Below are positions 22,097 to 34,034 of a DNA stretch of 34,034 nucleotides, piece after piece (positions within the stretch are counted from its first letter, which is position 1; each line of letters opens with the position of its first letter). The position numbers and the translations under genes are program-made. Below the pieces are notes generated by a model, which worked only from the letters and a program-made list of their open reading frames with translations, did not search any database and was not told the DNA's origin. This DNA comes from Trypethelium eluteriae (taxonomy: Eukaryota): positions 1 to 34,034 of the forward strand of contig JAVECL010000237.1 in the NCBI GenBank assembly GCA_051942245.1, in the 5' to 3' direction.

Positions 22097-22483
22097 TGCA
22101 GTACTCCGGGGTCGAGAGATAGGAATGGCTCACGTTAGAGGGTGCAATAAGAAATGTCAACAGGGCATACTAGCCTCAACATTGCTGGGGGCCTCGCTGA
22201 TTGAACAAAGCTGACAAGTCCGTTTAGGAGACTCCCTACGGAACTCTTCGCCTTAAATTTACGGAAGGATCATTTAAGAGGTCCCCGGAATTTGCTTCCT
22301 CAGATAATGTAGCACTAACATTGCTCTTTATATCCCCTGGTCCTCGTTTTGCTTTACTTTTACGACCGGAGTGACTTGGCACGACGATGCACTCGACAAG
22401 GATTGTTCAAATTTGAATTGTAGCTTATAATAGCTTTGGGGGTATCTTTCTTTGTTGACTTTTATACAAAATGCATCGAGCGC

Positions 22484-23885
22484 TTAATCACTATCCTCGT
22501 CGCTGCCGTAGCCAACAAGCGGTCCTTGTGCAGCCTCCTTGGGTGCACTGGTACCAGCTCTATACTTCTTGAGTGTAGCAAGTGTCGAGCTGGAGAGAAG
22601 CCCTCCACCACCATCTTGCGTCCTTGTATCATTATCTGCGGGCGCACTCTCAATCAACCTCTGCTCTTCCGGAGCCTCCAACGCGGCTCCATTCTTCTCC
22701 GCCTCCAACCTCGCCTTCTCACTCGCATACCACACCTCATCCGGTGCCTCGTACCCTTGCAAGCCAAACGTCCCTTCCACCTTCCTCCTCTTTTTCATCT
22801 CCGGATCCCTCCCCTCAATCTCTGCCACATAATCCCGCGGCAATATCGCACGGATCGCCTCCGCTGCTTGCTCCTCAATCCTCCGCGCCTCTCGCTTCTG
22901 CGCCTGCGGGTTTGGGTCGACCGTCGCCCAGCGAACGTTCAATACCTCTTGGTGGTCTAGCGCTTGGTGGCTCATAGCTTCCTTTGCAAATTCCGAGTTG
23001 GCGGCGTTAACGTAAGTAACGAAGGCGACGCCGCGTGTTGGTAGCACTGGGAAAACAAGAAGAATTAGAGATAGAATACCAATAGCTGAGATCCTTGAGA
23101 CTCACCTCGTATGCGGTCAAGCATCCCAAACTCTTGGAAGTGCCTGCTCACAATCTCTTCGATGTCGTCTGTCACGTGGATGCGACCGACGTACAGAGTA
23201 CGGTTCTGCCGAAGAAACGAGCCCACACCGCCCATATCGTCGCGATAGTCGCTAAATTTGTCGCGGCCAAAGCAGTCTGTATTACTTGGATAGAGGTCGG
23301 TGACGGTAGGAAGACGGTGGAGGTAGTCGCAGTCGGCGCCCTTGGGACCTGATATCCATTAGTAATGCTTTCTGTATCGATGATCTTCTACTTACAGATG
23401 CCTCGCGCGAAGTATAGACAGAAGTAGGCGCCCGCAGGGTTGCGGTCAGCTTTGGTATGGCCGGAATCACGATGGATGCTGCAGCGAGAGGGAGCGGCGT
23501 GCTTAGACAGATACTTGTCTTCGCGGTCACCACCACTCCACTTGTTGAACCTGCCCCGAGGTTAGCAATACTTTCAATAAGTTACTGGAAGAGTATGTCC
23601 AAGTGCTGCCATCGGTATACTGTGCACTCACCAGATGTTGAAGATGGTTCCTGTCTGTGGAGGCGGCTCGGATTTGAAGGTCGAGGGATCGATCTGAGGG
23701 CGGGCTGGTCGGCGTTTCTTCTTGACGATTTTTTTGATCTTTTTGGTGGCGGGGGGTTCGGAGGAGGTGGTGGTTGTGAGGGCAGTGGTCGAGGGATCTT
23801 CAACGGAATCAGAGAGGGGATTATGCTCCTCCTCCGAGATGACGGGAGCTTCTGGGGGCGCAGGCAGAGTTTCGATGTCGGCCAT
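22484..23885 (-). CDS. CWC2: Pre-mRNA splicing factor Cwc2 (CCCH zinc finger + RRM), ~404 aa; exons 23885-23632, 23550-23396, 23348-23106, 23046-22484
   Basis: [69 protein letters not shown] and LNVRWATVDPNP; 1215 nt in frame. Confidence 0.96.
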
Positions 23886-25221
23886 GGTTGTCGCTGTATA
23901 GTTGCGCGTAGATGGAGATGGGTGTGGAGGGTGCGGAGGGTACGGAGCGTGTGGAGATAAGGAGGTATGTTTAGGTAGAAGGTGGTCGCCAACGATTTGT
24001 CATTTTCTGTCCATTTATCGCCACATCTGTGTTAACCACAATTCTCTCGTTCCTCATTCTTTTTTGCACCTCACCATCCACCCTCTCTCCCATGACTCTA
24101 GTCTCGCATGCAATCGCGTCTTACGCAAAGTATCTCTCATTGAACGCTCACCCGGGATAGGCCTCCATATGTACCATGCGAAAAGCCCCAATCCGTATCG
24201 TCTCAGTCGATACCATGTCCTTCAACTACAGTATTCTCTCTGGTTACTTCAAAACTCTACTCAGGCACATCTGCACATCTGTTGAACTATTTTCCAAGAT
24301 GGGAGTATACTGTAGGTGTGTATCAATTCTGTCTAGAGGGTTACTTGAAGCTCACCCAGGACATTCCTAATAAAGGCAAGTGGATGTCGTTCGCTCGTAG
24401 CTCCTTTTCTTTGTCTTTACATTGAGTTCCAGCGAGCAGTCCGACGAGGTATAGGAATTTTTTTTCATACCCCCCTTTCACTGATTCATTCCTCATAAGT
24501 TCAATCGCAATTCCCGTGGTATGTCCTTGCATTTCTACTAGATGTAGATGATCTTCACGTAAAAATCTCAAGTCGAATTAGTTCTGCTTTTGCAACCAAG
24601 GCCGGGGCATGTCCCCACACAATGATTTCATCACTATTTTTTGATGGTAGGTGGTACTCAGAGTCTATCCTATGGGACTTGGGCTTGATCTCCGACGCCG
24701 TGTTAGCGATTCCCAGAAATCCTAAACACTCTCTTGTACCAGACTGATGGTACACTGGACAATGAGTCCGTTTGCACCTGATCCTCTTTGTTCTTATCGT
24801 AACTCCATGACCAAACACGGTATTTCCCCACGTGGGACAACATCGCTTAAAAAATCCTTATGTGGTCATAATTCCGATTCCTGCTTTCAGTGTGAAAAGC
24901 TAGACACTGGAATGACGGTCGATGGCTTACAATATGGACTGGTCCGCTGCATTGATTGCAGGAATCATGAAGTACTGGCCGTCTTGCACGATGTCTCTCC
25001 CTCATGCGTCTGCATCTCCCCAAGGTAGAGAAACTCGAACTGTCTGCGCTACCTACCAAGGGTGGATTTTCTTCAACTTGCACGCCCCGTGGTGTAACTA
25101 CTTGGATGATACCCTGCTATTCCTATTTGTTGTTCAGTTGTTTCAGAGGTCTATATAAACCAGATCCCTACCAGGTTGCCTTCCCGACACGACATTCCAA
25201 CGCACCGACAGGATTTCAGAG

Positions 25222-27499
25222 ATGTTTTCCAAGCATTTACCCATTCTCTCATTTGCATGGATCACCTCCATAGGGACCGCAGATGCATTTTGGCGCATGA
25301 ATTGTGCTAAGGTTCAGGTCGGACGCATCGATCCCCTTGTGAGTCCAAATGTTGTCTCAGCGCACGCGCATACGATCGTGGGCGCTGCAAGTATGTGATG
25401 CCCAAAAGGCGCATTTCCATGAGGAAGCTAACTAGTACCGCAGATATTGGCGTGTACGCCACCAATGCAACCCTCTTCAATTCTTCCTGTACCTCATGCG
25501 AAATTCAAGATGATAAGTCGGCGTATTGGTCACCTCAGCTCTACTTCCACCATATGAATGGCTCTTTTGAGGAAGTTCCCCATGAAGGCAGTGTCATTTA
25601 TTATCTTGGGCGAGGAAGAGATAAAGCAAATATCCAGCCGTTCCCACCTGGCTTCAAAATGCTGTCAGGGAGTTCCTCTGCTCGAAGTTATGACAATACC
25701 ACTATGACATACGGAACCGCTCAATATCCGCCTCGACCCATCGCTGATCGTGTCAGTTTCAATTGTTTAGCTGATGGGCCACCGCTTGCAGAACAGCCAT
25801 ACATGTTTGATACGAATTGTGCCAATGGACTGAGAGCACAGATCCACTTTCAATCTTGCTGGAACGGTATCGATCTCTACAAATCCGATAATTCTCATGT
25901 TGCCTACCTGAGCTCAATTGATGACGGCATCTGCCCTCCAGGTTATCCAGTCTTGCTGGTCCACTTATTCATGGAAACCTTGTACTCGGTTACCAGCATC
26001 GACACATCTGACGGGGGTCAATTTATTTTCTCCATGGGTGATCCTACGGGTTATGGCTTTCATGCTGATTTTCAAAACGGATGGAACCAAACTGTCCAGG
26101 CTGAAGCAGTGTATAATTGTGCCAATCCGGATAATGACGGCCAGATCTCGGCGTGCCAGGTCTTGCAGAATAGCCAGACCAACGCGTATCAAGAAATTTG
26201 TCCTGAGAGACCCAATGAGATCGAAGAACCTGTGGAAGGCATGCTTGCCAAGCTACCAGGCTGCATCAACATTACTCCGGGCCCGGCAGCCGCGTTGAGC
26301 TCCGATATGAACTGCCCAGCAAGCGTCGTCCAGCCCTATATCATCCCGACCGCAGATACAACCCCAGTCGTCACTGCCTCTCCATCTCCTGGCACCGGCT
26401 TCGGTCTCAGTGGTTGGGACTACGTAGGTTGTGCCAATGACACCGCAGGCAGTGTGCGCACGCTCAATGCCAAGAGAACGACTGATCCTTCCATGACGAC
26501 CGAGTTCTGCCAAAATTATTGTCAATCCGCTGGGTACAAGTACGCGGGAACTGAGTTTGGGGACGAATGCTACTGCGACAATTTCATCAATCCGTCCGCC
26601 GTGCTCCACCAAACCATGTGCTACTACGCCTGCGCTGGCAATACCACGCAAGACTGCGGCGGCGCGGATCGCATATCCCTCTACAACAACACTCTCTTCA
26701 ACCCCACTGACGTAAACACTGCCCTTCCCACTGCAGGCGGAGGCGGCATCTCAAATCCTACCGTCGCCGCTGCACCCCTCGCGTCCAACTACGTCGGGTG
26801 TGCAAGTGATCTTGTCAGTGGAAGCCGCACCCTCGCAAACGCGTCATTCAGCGCGTCCAACATGACCATAGAGACTTGTGCCACGTTTTGCACCGTCACC
26901 AATTACTACGGTCTCTACGGCCTTGAATACTCTGGCGAATGCTACTGCGGAGATGCGCTTTTGAACGGAGGCGCTTATCTTCCTGCTAGCGACACGAGCT
27001 GTGATCTGCGTTGCAATGGAAACGACGTTGAGGTTTGCGGCGGCACGGGGAGGCTTAGTGTGTATAGCAATACCGCTTATGTTGCACCGCACATTGTGAA
27101 CAATGTCGGGAAATATGTCACCAAGGGCTGTCTAACAGATCCAAATAACGGGAAGGGTAGGGCATTGGCAGGGAACAGAACGGTGAGTTCAGGGTTGACG
27201 GTGGAGAGTTGTGTGAAGTTTTGCTTGGGTCGGAGCTACAAGTATGCCGGGGTAGAGTATGGTGACGAGTAAGTCATGTTTTTTTTTTTTTTCTTCTTCG
27301 TCCCTTTGCTTGAGAGGGGCTCGGTGCGGCGCTAATGTGTGCGGCTAGATGCTACTGCGACAACGAGATCCAGAGCGCGAGCGGTGCGGTATCAACGACG
27401 TGTCCTTCACTGGCGAGTTTGATGTCCTGCGCAGGAAGCAGAAGCGAGTATTGCGGCGCCGGTAGCTTGCTAAATATCTATTATTCTAGCAATCCCTGA
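25222..27499 (+). CDS. Secreted DUF1996 + three WSC-domain protein, ~714 aa; exons 25222-25390, 25444-27268, 27349-27499
   Basis: Signal-peptide-like MFSKHLPILSFAWITSIGTADA|FWRMNC, RIDPLVSP...HAHTIVG, DKSAYW, GDPTGYGFHADF, and three YxGC...AGxEYGxECYC...CGG-type WSC repeats; 2145 nt in frame. Confidence 0.92.
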
Positions 27500-28023
27500 C
27501 AGCTTTAGATTTCTTGTCTTTTGTATTTGGGTGCATATCTAAGATACAGCGCACCTCAAATATGCACCGGAGACTTCTCAATAAATGCATAGTGGAAGGT
27601 CTTGGTGACCTACGACATTCGTTAAGCTAGATTCCGGATAGAAAATCACGTTGCTTGGAGGAATATGGTCGCTGGAGTTGAAGGATATACAAAGCTAGAT
27701 AGATCTAAATGGAGACTGTGAAGCCCCGTTACCTTGCAAATAATAAAAGGTCATGATGCTGAATCCTAGCTCCTTCTTCAGCTCGCTTGCTTTCGTGTCT
27801 CGGTAGATTAGGTGAAATGGCAAGCCGCTAAATCAATTGCAGCTACTCTTGCATTGGCTAAACAGCAACATCTATTGTCCGACCTTTCCCTCGACTCTAT
27901 CAGGAGCCATCACGATGTCACTCAAGCTGTGCTCTCATCTCGTTGATGTTGTCGAGAAGCTCGTGGCCGTCCTACAGTGTAGTACCACGATACCCGCGTC
28001 CCCGAATACCACGCGAGTTAGAG

Positions 28024-30361
28024 CTAAGGGTCCAGTGGATGCGACCAAGATGGTTCAGAGAGCTCAGTGGTTGGAAAACTAGGAAACCTGGTGGCGGACG
28101 CCGTCAATTTGGAGGCTGGAAGATCTGGTGGAGGCATTAAATACCTATCTATGTCCTGGGTAGTAGGCGTGAGCTGATCGGCTGGTAGAAAATGTGAAAG
28201 GCCTGGTAAAGTTACCAAGTCCTCTTCCGCTAATTGAGAACCGCATGTGGCTATGGGATCAAATGAGTCCTTGCATGAAATTTGAATACCTGCCTCATCG
28301 TCAAGCTGCATATCCTCTTCAAAGACTTCGCGGATTGTAGGGAGACGGCGGCTGCGGCCTTCACCTGTAGTCCAAGCTGCATCCTGTGTCTGATTGGATG
28401 CGAAAAATGGGGATGTTCCTGAGGACGCCGTATCCTCCATAGCGTTTGCCACCGCTGTCTCAGTAGGATTGTCTCCCATCAGCGAGTCCAGATCCTCAAC
28501 AAGGTCCAAACTTTTCGGCCTGGGCTGCCAGCCTCGAATCGATTTTTGGTAGACAGAGTCGAACAACAAGCAGTGTTTGCTGTTCGAAAACCAACGATGC
28601 TGAAGCGCTTTGGTAGCCGTCAACCTCTTATTTTCATCAAGAACAAGAAGCTTCCGGACGAAATCTTTGGCGCGATGTCCGACAGCCTCCCAAGCAGGAT
28701 CTTCGTTCATTCCATCGAGGTTACACTCTGCCGCTAGAGTGAGGATAACTTTTGCGGGGTCCTTGGAATACTCTGGGTCAGCTCGGTTCGTGAACATGAT
28801 GTCCCCAATCAACAGTGCGACGGTCATGGAGCCTATCGACCACATATCGACAGCTTTCGAGTAGCCAGCTTGGGCATCGAGTGTTTTGTTCTTACAGTGA
28901 ACCTCGCTGTGAATCGGAATATGAGCCTGACCTGATGCTAATAACACTTTGTCTGCAGCGAGTCTGACTTACGGAGCCACATACTCGAGTGTGCCCACCA
29001 CCGAGAACATCCGCTGTTTGAGCCCAGTCCTGTTGGACATGTCGTTATTTTTAGGCAGATGCCTGGCATTACCAAAGTCTGTCAGTACAATGCGAGCCCC
29101 AGTTGACAACGATGTCATCAGGACGTTGTCAGGCTACAAGAAGTTAGCACATTCGTTAGACAAAATTCTCATCCAACCTTGAGGTCCCGGTGAACGATAT
29201 TCCGATCGTGAAGATAGGCGACAGCCTTCAAAACTTGTCTGATAACCAATCCAGCCTCAGCATCAACAAGCTTACCACCTTTGAAGTCCAGATACGAGTA
29301 CAGATCTCCACCAGATATGAGCTCTTGAAAGATGTACCTGGTACTGATTAGCGAAAGAATGCCATTGCGAAAAAGGCCGATATTACTCACAGGCTCTTTC
29401 TGCTGTGAAATACTTTCTCTAGCTGAATGATATTTGGCTGCTCCTGGTCAGCGACTGGTCAGGTAAGAAGAACATTGGAGGACCTACATGACTGAGATCT
29501 TCCAGCACTTCAAATTCCCTTTGTTGCTTGTCCCGGAAATTCTGCAGTTTCAGTCGCTCCTTTGCGAGCTTCATTTCATCCAATCTCGAGCCAGAGTCAA
29601 TTCTCAGGCCGTTTCGCCCTCTCTGGCGCAAATCGATGTGCTTGCAAGCCAGTTGCTTACCAGTACTCCGTTCTATAGCGACGTAGACAGTACCGTAGCC
29701 TCCAACGCCTAACTTTCGACCTGTAACAACGTATCGAGAAGAGAATCCCTGACTTTCATGAATACCAGGCTTGTGATAGCATAATGTTAACATGCCTTTC
29801 TCTCCAACTCATCAACAGATCCTTGGACATCTAACTCAATGGCAAAGCGGGGGTCTTCATGGTATATGAAAGACAAGCCGGGGGTAAGAAAAACCTCGTC
29901 ACCATCTGAGAGAAGAGTGGGTCCAGCTGCACGACCGAGATTCTGTGAAGATTTGACATGGATGTCTGGCGGCTCGGCTTTCTTGATTCTAATCCCGTTG
30001 ATTGAAAGATCATGGACATATACCATTGGCGGAACGTCAGACACAAAGTCTCCCTCATATACGACGCAATGCAGACGTAGGTGTCTCTTGGAGATCGTCG
30101 GGTCGTTAAACGCCAAGAGACTTTCAGTGTCAATTTGACCAAACCGCTATCTCCGCTGACTTGAGAAAATCATTGTAGCTTACCAGTCGTTCTGCCTTCT
30201 ACCTATGTAAAAGTCATCTCGCGGATGGATGGGCCACACATCTTTAACCGTTGTAAGTCATGCATCCGCAATTGACAAAGACAAGAATGACATAAGTTAC
30301 CTTTCTTCCGAGAAATCCTATTGTGGATTTCTAGGTGAGCTATGGGAACTCTGCTGTTCAT
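28024..30361 (-). CDS. MEK1: FHA-domain Ser/Thr kinase, most like meiosis-specific Mek1 (CHK2/Dun1 family), ~651 aa; exons 30361-30301, 30241-30184, 30120-29796, 29748-29488, 29437-29391, 29337-29178, 29133-28973, 28906-28024
   Basis: FHA motifs IGR, ISKRH and DLSING; kinase motifs GVGGYG, LACK, HPNII, HRDLK|PDN, DFG, GTLEYVAP|E and DMWSIG. Seven introns (one GC-AG) give 1956 nt in frame. The 3' end is less certain (possible in-frame intron 28144-28088). Mek1 versus a paralog is an inference. Confidence 0.82.
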
Positions 30362-30706
30362 GATTGAGTTTTGCGAGCAGTTCTCCCGCAGTCGGCGACG
30401 CGAGATGCGTCGCGAAGGTGTCTGGAAAGATTTGCCCGTCGGAACGCGCTAGTCACGTGGTGTTCAGAATGGCGCCGCTGCCTTGCAGAGCAATCAGAAT
30501 TTTTGATATTGGGACTAATCCATCGCAAGATCCGTGCATCGCTAGGATCAATGACAAGACATCAAAGTGTACTCGCCTTCAATTCCGACTCGTACTCTGT
30601 TCCTCTAGAAAATTGCCGTCAAGAGAGCGGCATCTTAGTATTTTCAAGTACGGATGCAACAATGAGCAAGCACTACAGGGTAATGCAGATTTTTGAGACT
30701 TTGCCA

Positions 30707-31711
30707 CTATTGCTTTGTCACAGCTAGAAGCTCATCTATCATACCTTCCATGCGACCAACAAAGATGGAAATATGTCCCTCGCCTTGCAAGAGATAACTT
30801 CTGAGACGCTCCTGAGGCAAGTGCTTCTCTAGCCACACTCCATGGGCATACGGCACCATCTTGTCTTCACTGCCTTGATACTGAAAGACTGGCACTTTGA
30901 TTTCGGCAAGATCGAAGCCCCACGGTTCAATAAAGGCCATATCGTCGTCTACCCAGCCGTCTGCATTTGTCTTAAGGCCCTCCTGAAACATATCGACCAT
31001 GTATTGACCCATCTCATCATTTCCCAGAAGTGTTCGCTTGTCAATATCAGGAAGAAGGCTGGACATTGCCTCGGTCACTTTGGCAGCGTCTGATTTTAGC
31101 AATTCAACTCGTTGAGGCTGGCAGAACTTTTGTAGCTCCGGCTCCCCTTTCAAGGCAGCCTGGTACTCTTGAACGTCTATGTAAAGTGATTTTTAGAGAC
31201 TTTCGGATGGACGGAAGCTTTAGCATCACACTCACTGTCTTCGCCTTGGCCTTCGAGATAGTCTAGGCCTTCAGCTTCGTAAGGGGCGCCGCCCGCGACG
31301 CACAACGCGGCGATACAGCCAGGCAATCGAGCTGCACAGGCTAAGGCATGGGGACCTGAATAGGGGAATCAGTCTCTTACGTTCCGATTCAAAGGCACTT
31401 ATGGTGAGCTTACCTCCTCCGCTCCAACCGCCGACCAGACACTTCCCTATGCCTAAATGCTCATTCAGGGCTTGTATGTCTGACACTGCATCCACGATTC
31501 GTCTTCCTTTCTTCCTCGTTGAGCCACCATATCCAGCTCTCGAGAGTGTTATGACTTTGACTCCCTTGTTCTCACAGACAGCGGTGAAACTTGGAATAGG
31601 TAGATATGCCCCAGGTGTGCCGTGAATCCAAATTAATGGAAAGCCATCCTTTGCACCCGAGACAAGGTAATCAACGTTCCGACCATCTGAAAGTTTGAGC
31701 TGCTGGGCCAT
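30707..31711 (-). CDS. Alpha/beta hydrolase (Abhydrolase_1 type), ~295 aa; exons 31711-31414, 31355-31236, 31176-30707
   Basis: LSDGR, HGTPG, RAGYGGS, nucleophile [25 protein letters not shown] and GEGHIS; two GT-AG introns, 888 nt in frame. Confidence 0.92.
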
Positions 31712-32036
31712 TGAAATCGTAATGTACAGAGTTTCAAGAAGAAAAGAAAAGCTTTCTCGAGAATCACGAACAGGAACAACAGCAGCTACTAGTTTCAAAC
31801 GAGATTTCGCTCACCATTGATCGAGCCTAATAAGATATCAGAATACCATCAGGAAATACGAAGTATTGGGTGTTGGGTTGGTACCATTACGACCCACCTA
31901 GGCAGGCAACAATCACCTGAATGTACGTGAGTGGCTCGTTAAGCGAGGACTTGCTCCGCACACAAAGCCTTGCCCGCACTTGACCGACAAACTCTCCACC
32001 AACAACCCTCTCATCATTCGAGCAGTCAACCTTCGA

Positions 32037-32142
32037 GTAAGTAACAGGTGCCATCTCTTCATCACAAAACCCTTCTTTTGGCCTCGTGGATCTCTTTGTG
32101 TTTCATTGGTCATTGAGAATGCTGTTGCTGACCTGTCAATAG
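32037..32142 (+). other. Probable 5'-UTR intron of RPL41
   Basis: GTAAGT donor at 32037, GCTGAC branch site, TAG acceptor at 32142, 18 nt before the ATG. Confidence 0.75.
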
Positions 32143-32160
32143 TTCACCAATTGATCGAAG

Positions 32161-32329
32161 ATGAGAGCTAAGTGGAGGAAGAAGCGCGTTCGCCGCCTCA
32201 AGCGAAAGAGAAGAAAGACTAGAGCTCGCAGGTATGTCCAAAACTATTTTCTATTGGAGTTCCCGGAGCTTCTCGGGGTCTCGTTCGCTGCAGTTGAACT
32301 CACGTGCTTACCATTTCATTAGCAAATAA
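32161..32329 (+). CDS. RPL41: Ribosomal protein L41 (eL41), 25 aa; exons 32161-32231, 32323-32329
   Basis: Translates to MRAKWRKKRVRRLKRKRRKTRARSK; intron GTATGT...GCTTAC...TAG at 32232-32322. Confidence 0.97.
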
Positions 32330-32716
32330 ATCACTCTTACCACCTTGAGCTCAGCTTTTTATCGACTCAGCCGGCCTTGAACTTGACGCTTCAAATGACA
32401 TTTCCCATTGAAGTTCGACATCGAGATGTATGATATGGGAGGGTCAATGAGGTGTCCAGCCGCAGGCATGTATGACAATAGCCTCCGGGAGAATGGGAAA
32501 GCTGGCCAATTCAGTTCCGAGAACGGTGGAATGGTTTATATGCATACCAACAGTTGATGAGTCTCTAACACCGGCGCCGTCATTTTGACCTTGCCTTTGA
32601 GACCATCTCAGTAGCGATTAAGAATGAGCAGAGCATGCCAATCAATGCAGTTGCTTACGATCAGCACTTTTGTCCCTTCAAAGGAGGACTTCTTTGATTA
32701 TGTCGCTTTGGCGGTA

Positions 32717-34034
32717 TCATTCTCTCCAGCCTACGTAGACTTCGTCTGTCCTAAACCTTTGCGTACACGTTGTATCCTCCATCTTCGTATCAAAGCCAGT
32801 CCTGTAAGCCAGCAAGCCTGCGTGTGCAATCATGATACCGTTGTCAATGCAGAACCGTTCATCCGTCGCATATACACTCCCGCCCCTACTCTCTGCCATA
32901 AGCCCCATCATTTCCTGCAAACGTTCGTTGCATCCCACACCACCTACAATAAGCACTTGGTTCGCACCTACGTGCGCCATCGCCCGTTCGGTAATTTCCA
33001 CCAACATTGCATAGACCGTCTCCTGCAACGTAAAGCACAAATCTTCCCTAGTCACCACGTCCTTTTCTTCGCCGTCTCCACCTGGCACCCTCCACTTACC
33101 TCCTTCTCTCTCAGCCCGCTCTAGCTCTGCTGCCATGACATCTATGCTCGCCAAAATTCCACCGAAACTACAATCCATCCCCTTCACTGCATACGGCAAG
33201 TCTAGTAATCTGCGTCCCTTCTTAGCCAGCTGCTCGATATTGTAACCCGGAGCCGGATCATTCGAGATGTTGAGCGTGCGTGCGAAGCGGTCGAGACAGT
33301 TGCCAACAGCGATGTCGAGAGTCTCGCCGAAGATGCGATATCGATGGGAGGCATAGGCAATGATCTGGGTGTTGCCGCCAGAAACGTAGAGGACGATTGG
33401 ATTGCTGGATGAGGTGATAGTGCGGCCCATTTCGATGTCTATGCCATAGATGTTAGCCCAGCAGAACATCTCATGCTCCGCCCCTAAATTCGTTGTCCCA
33501 TTTGCCCCTACGCCATGCCGTCCTCCCCAAATGCTAGCATCCTCGCTTCCCCATCCTCAGTTACCGTCCGTCTCTTCTCCACTCTCTTCTCCGTCTTTCC
33601 CTCATCTTCCATCGCCGAATACAAACGAACGTATGACTTACGACCCACACAGTGATTCACCCCCACAACCCTCTTTCCCCACAATCCCGCCACGGTCCTC
33701 GCCGCTACGGCTACCGCCGCCAACGGTGCCCCCATCCCAGGCCCCTTCGTATAGCATACGCAGTCTAGCCTCTCTATTAAGCCCTTCACCCCTCCTACCC
33801 CTCCTCCCCGACCTCCTTGCTTCCCTTCTCCCTCATCCCGCTCCAGCACCTCCGCTGCCTGCTTCAGCGCTTGCTTAATGAGCCGCACCACCCACCGCCG
33901 ATGGTGCTGCGCCGTCTCGCGCGGGAGGAAGCCCGTGCCGGGGGGTGAGACGAAGGTATGCCGGAGGTTGGCGAGGATGCGGATTTGTGGGGGAGGGAGT
34001 GGGTGCGGGTGGAGTTTCAGGGAGTGGGCTGTGG
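32717..34034 (-). CDS. KAE1: tRNA t6A threonylcarbamoyltransferase Kae1/OSGEP (KEOPS), 5'-truncated by the window; exons >34034-33642, 33438-32717
   Basis: [26 protein letters not shown], metal motif NHCVG|HIEMG across intron 33641-33439, [34 protein letters not shown] and QRFRTDEV. Confidence 0.96.

Noticed and set aside
22219..22280. Small hairpins between convergent GCN2 and CWC2 (CCGT/ACGG, CTTAAAT/ATTTAAG)
   Set aside because: Stems are too short to exceed chance.
22436..23960. Plus-strand ORFs 22436-22960 and 23457-23960
   Set aside because: Antisense to CWC2 exons; compositional artefacts.
24176..25158. Short ORFs between CWC2 and the WSC gene, including a candidate upstream WSC exon at 24922
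   Set aside because: ATG 25222 already supplies a signal peptide in frame; the other ORFs lack motifs.
16779..34034. GCN2, RPL41 and KAE1 as a translation-control cluster
   Set aside because: They are separated by unrelated genes, and housekeeping genes are common; there is no evidence of co-regulation without synteny data.

Overview
Gene-dense, intron-containing DNA from a filamentous ascomycete (Pezizomycotina), judged from GT-AG introns of about 50-100 nt with CTRAC branch sites and from fungal gene families. I rebuilt spliced models by hand, and each complete model gives an intact reading frame. In order: a 1004-aa orphan-like protein; a decayed region (F-box start, SesB-like lipase pseudogene, possible P450 scrap); the STE3 pheromone receptor; a conserved hypothetical membrane/coiled-coil protein; an HSL-type esterase with an 11-nt microexon; a Cut12-like spindle-pole-body protein; GCN2/CPC-3; CWC2; a secreted DUF1996+3xWSC protein; a MEK1-like FHA kinase with a probable GC-AG intron; an alpha/beta hydrolase; RPL41 (absent from the ORF track); and a 5'-truncated KAE1. 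The most notable non-coding signals are three perfect CTATTGAG (MAT1-1-1-type) sites upstream of STE3, a ~207-nt multi-hairpin element in the long GCN2 intron 2, a structured RPL41 3' region, and a repeated 10-mer near the window start. I saw no rRNA, tRNA, CRISPR array or intact transposon. All family calls come from motif recognition by eye, not database searches.
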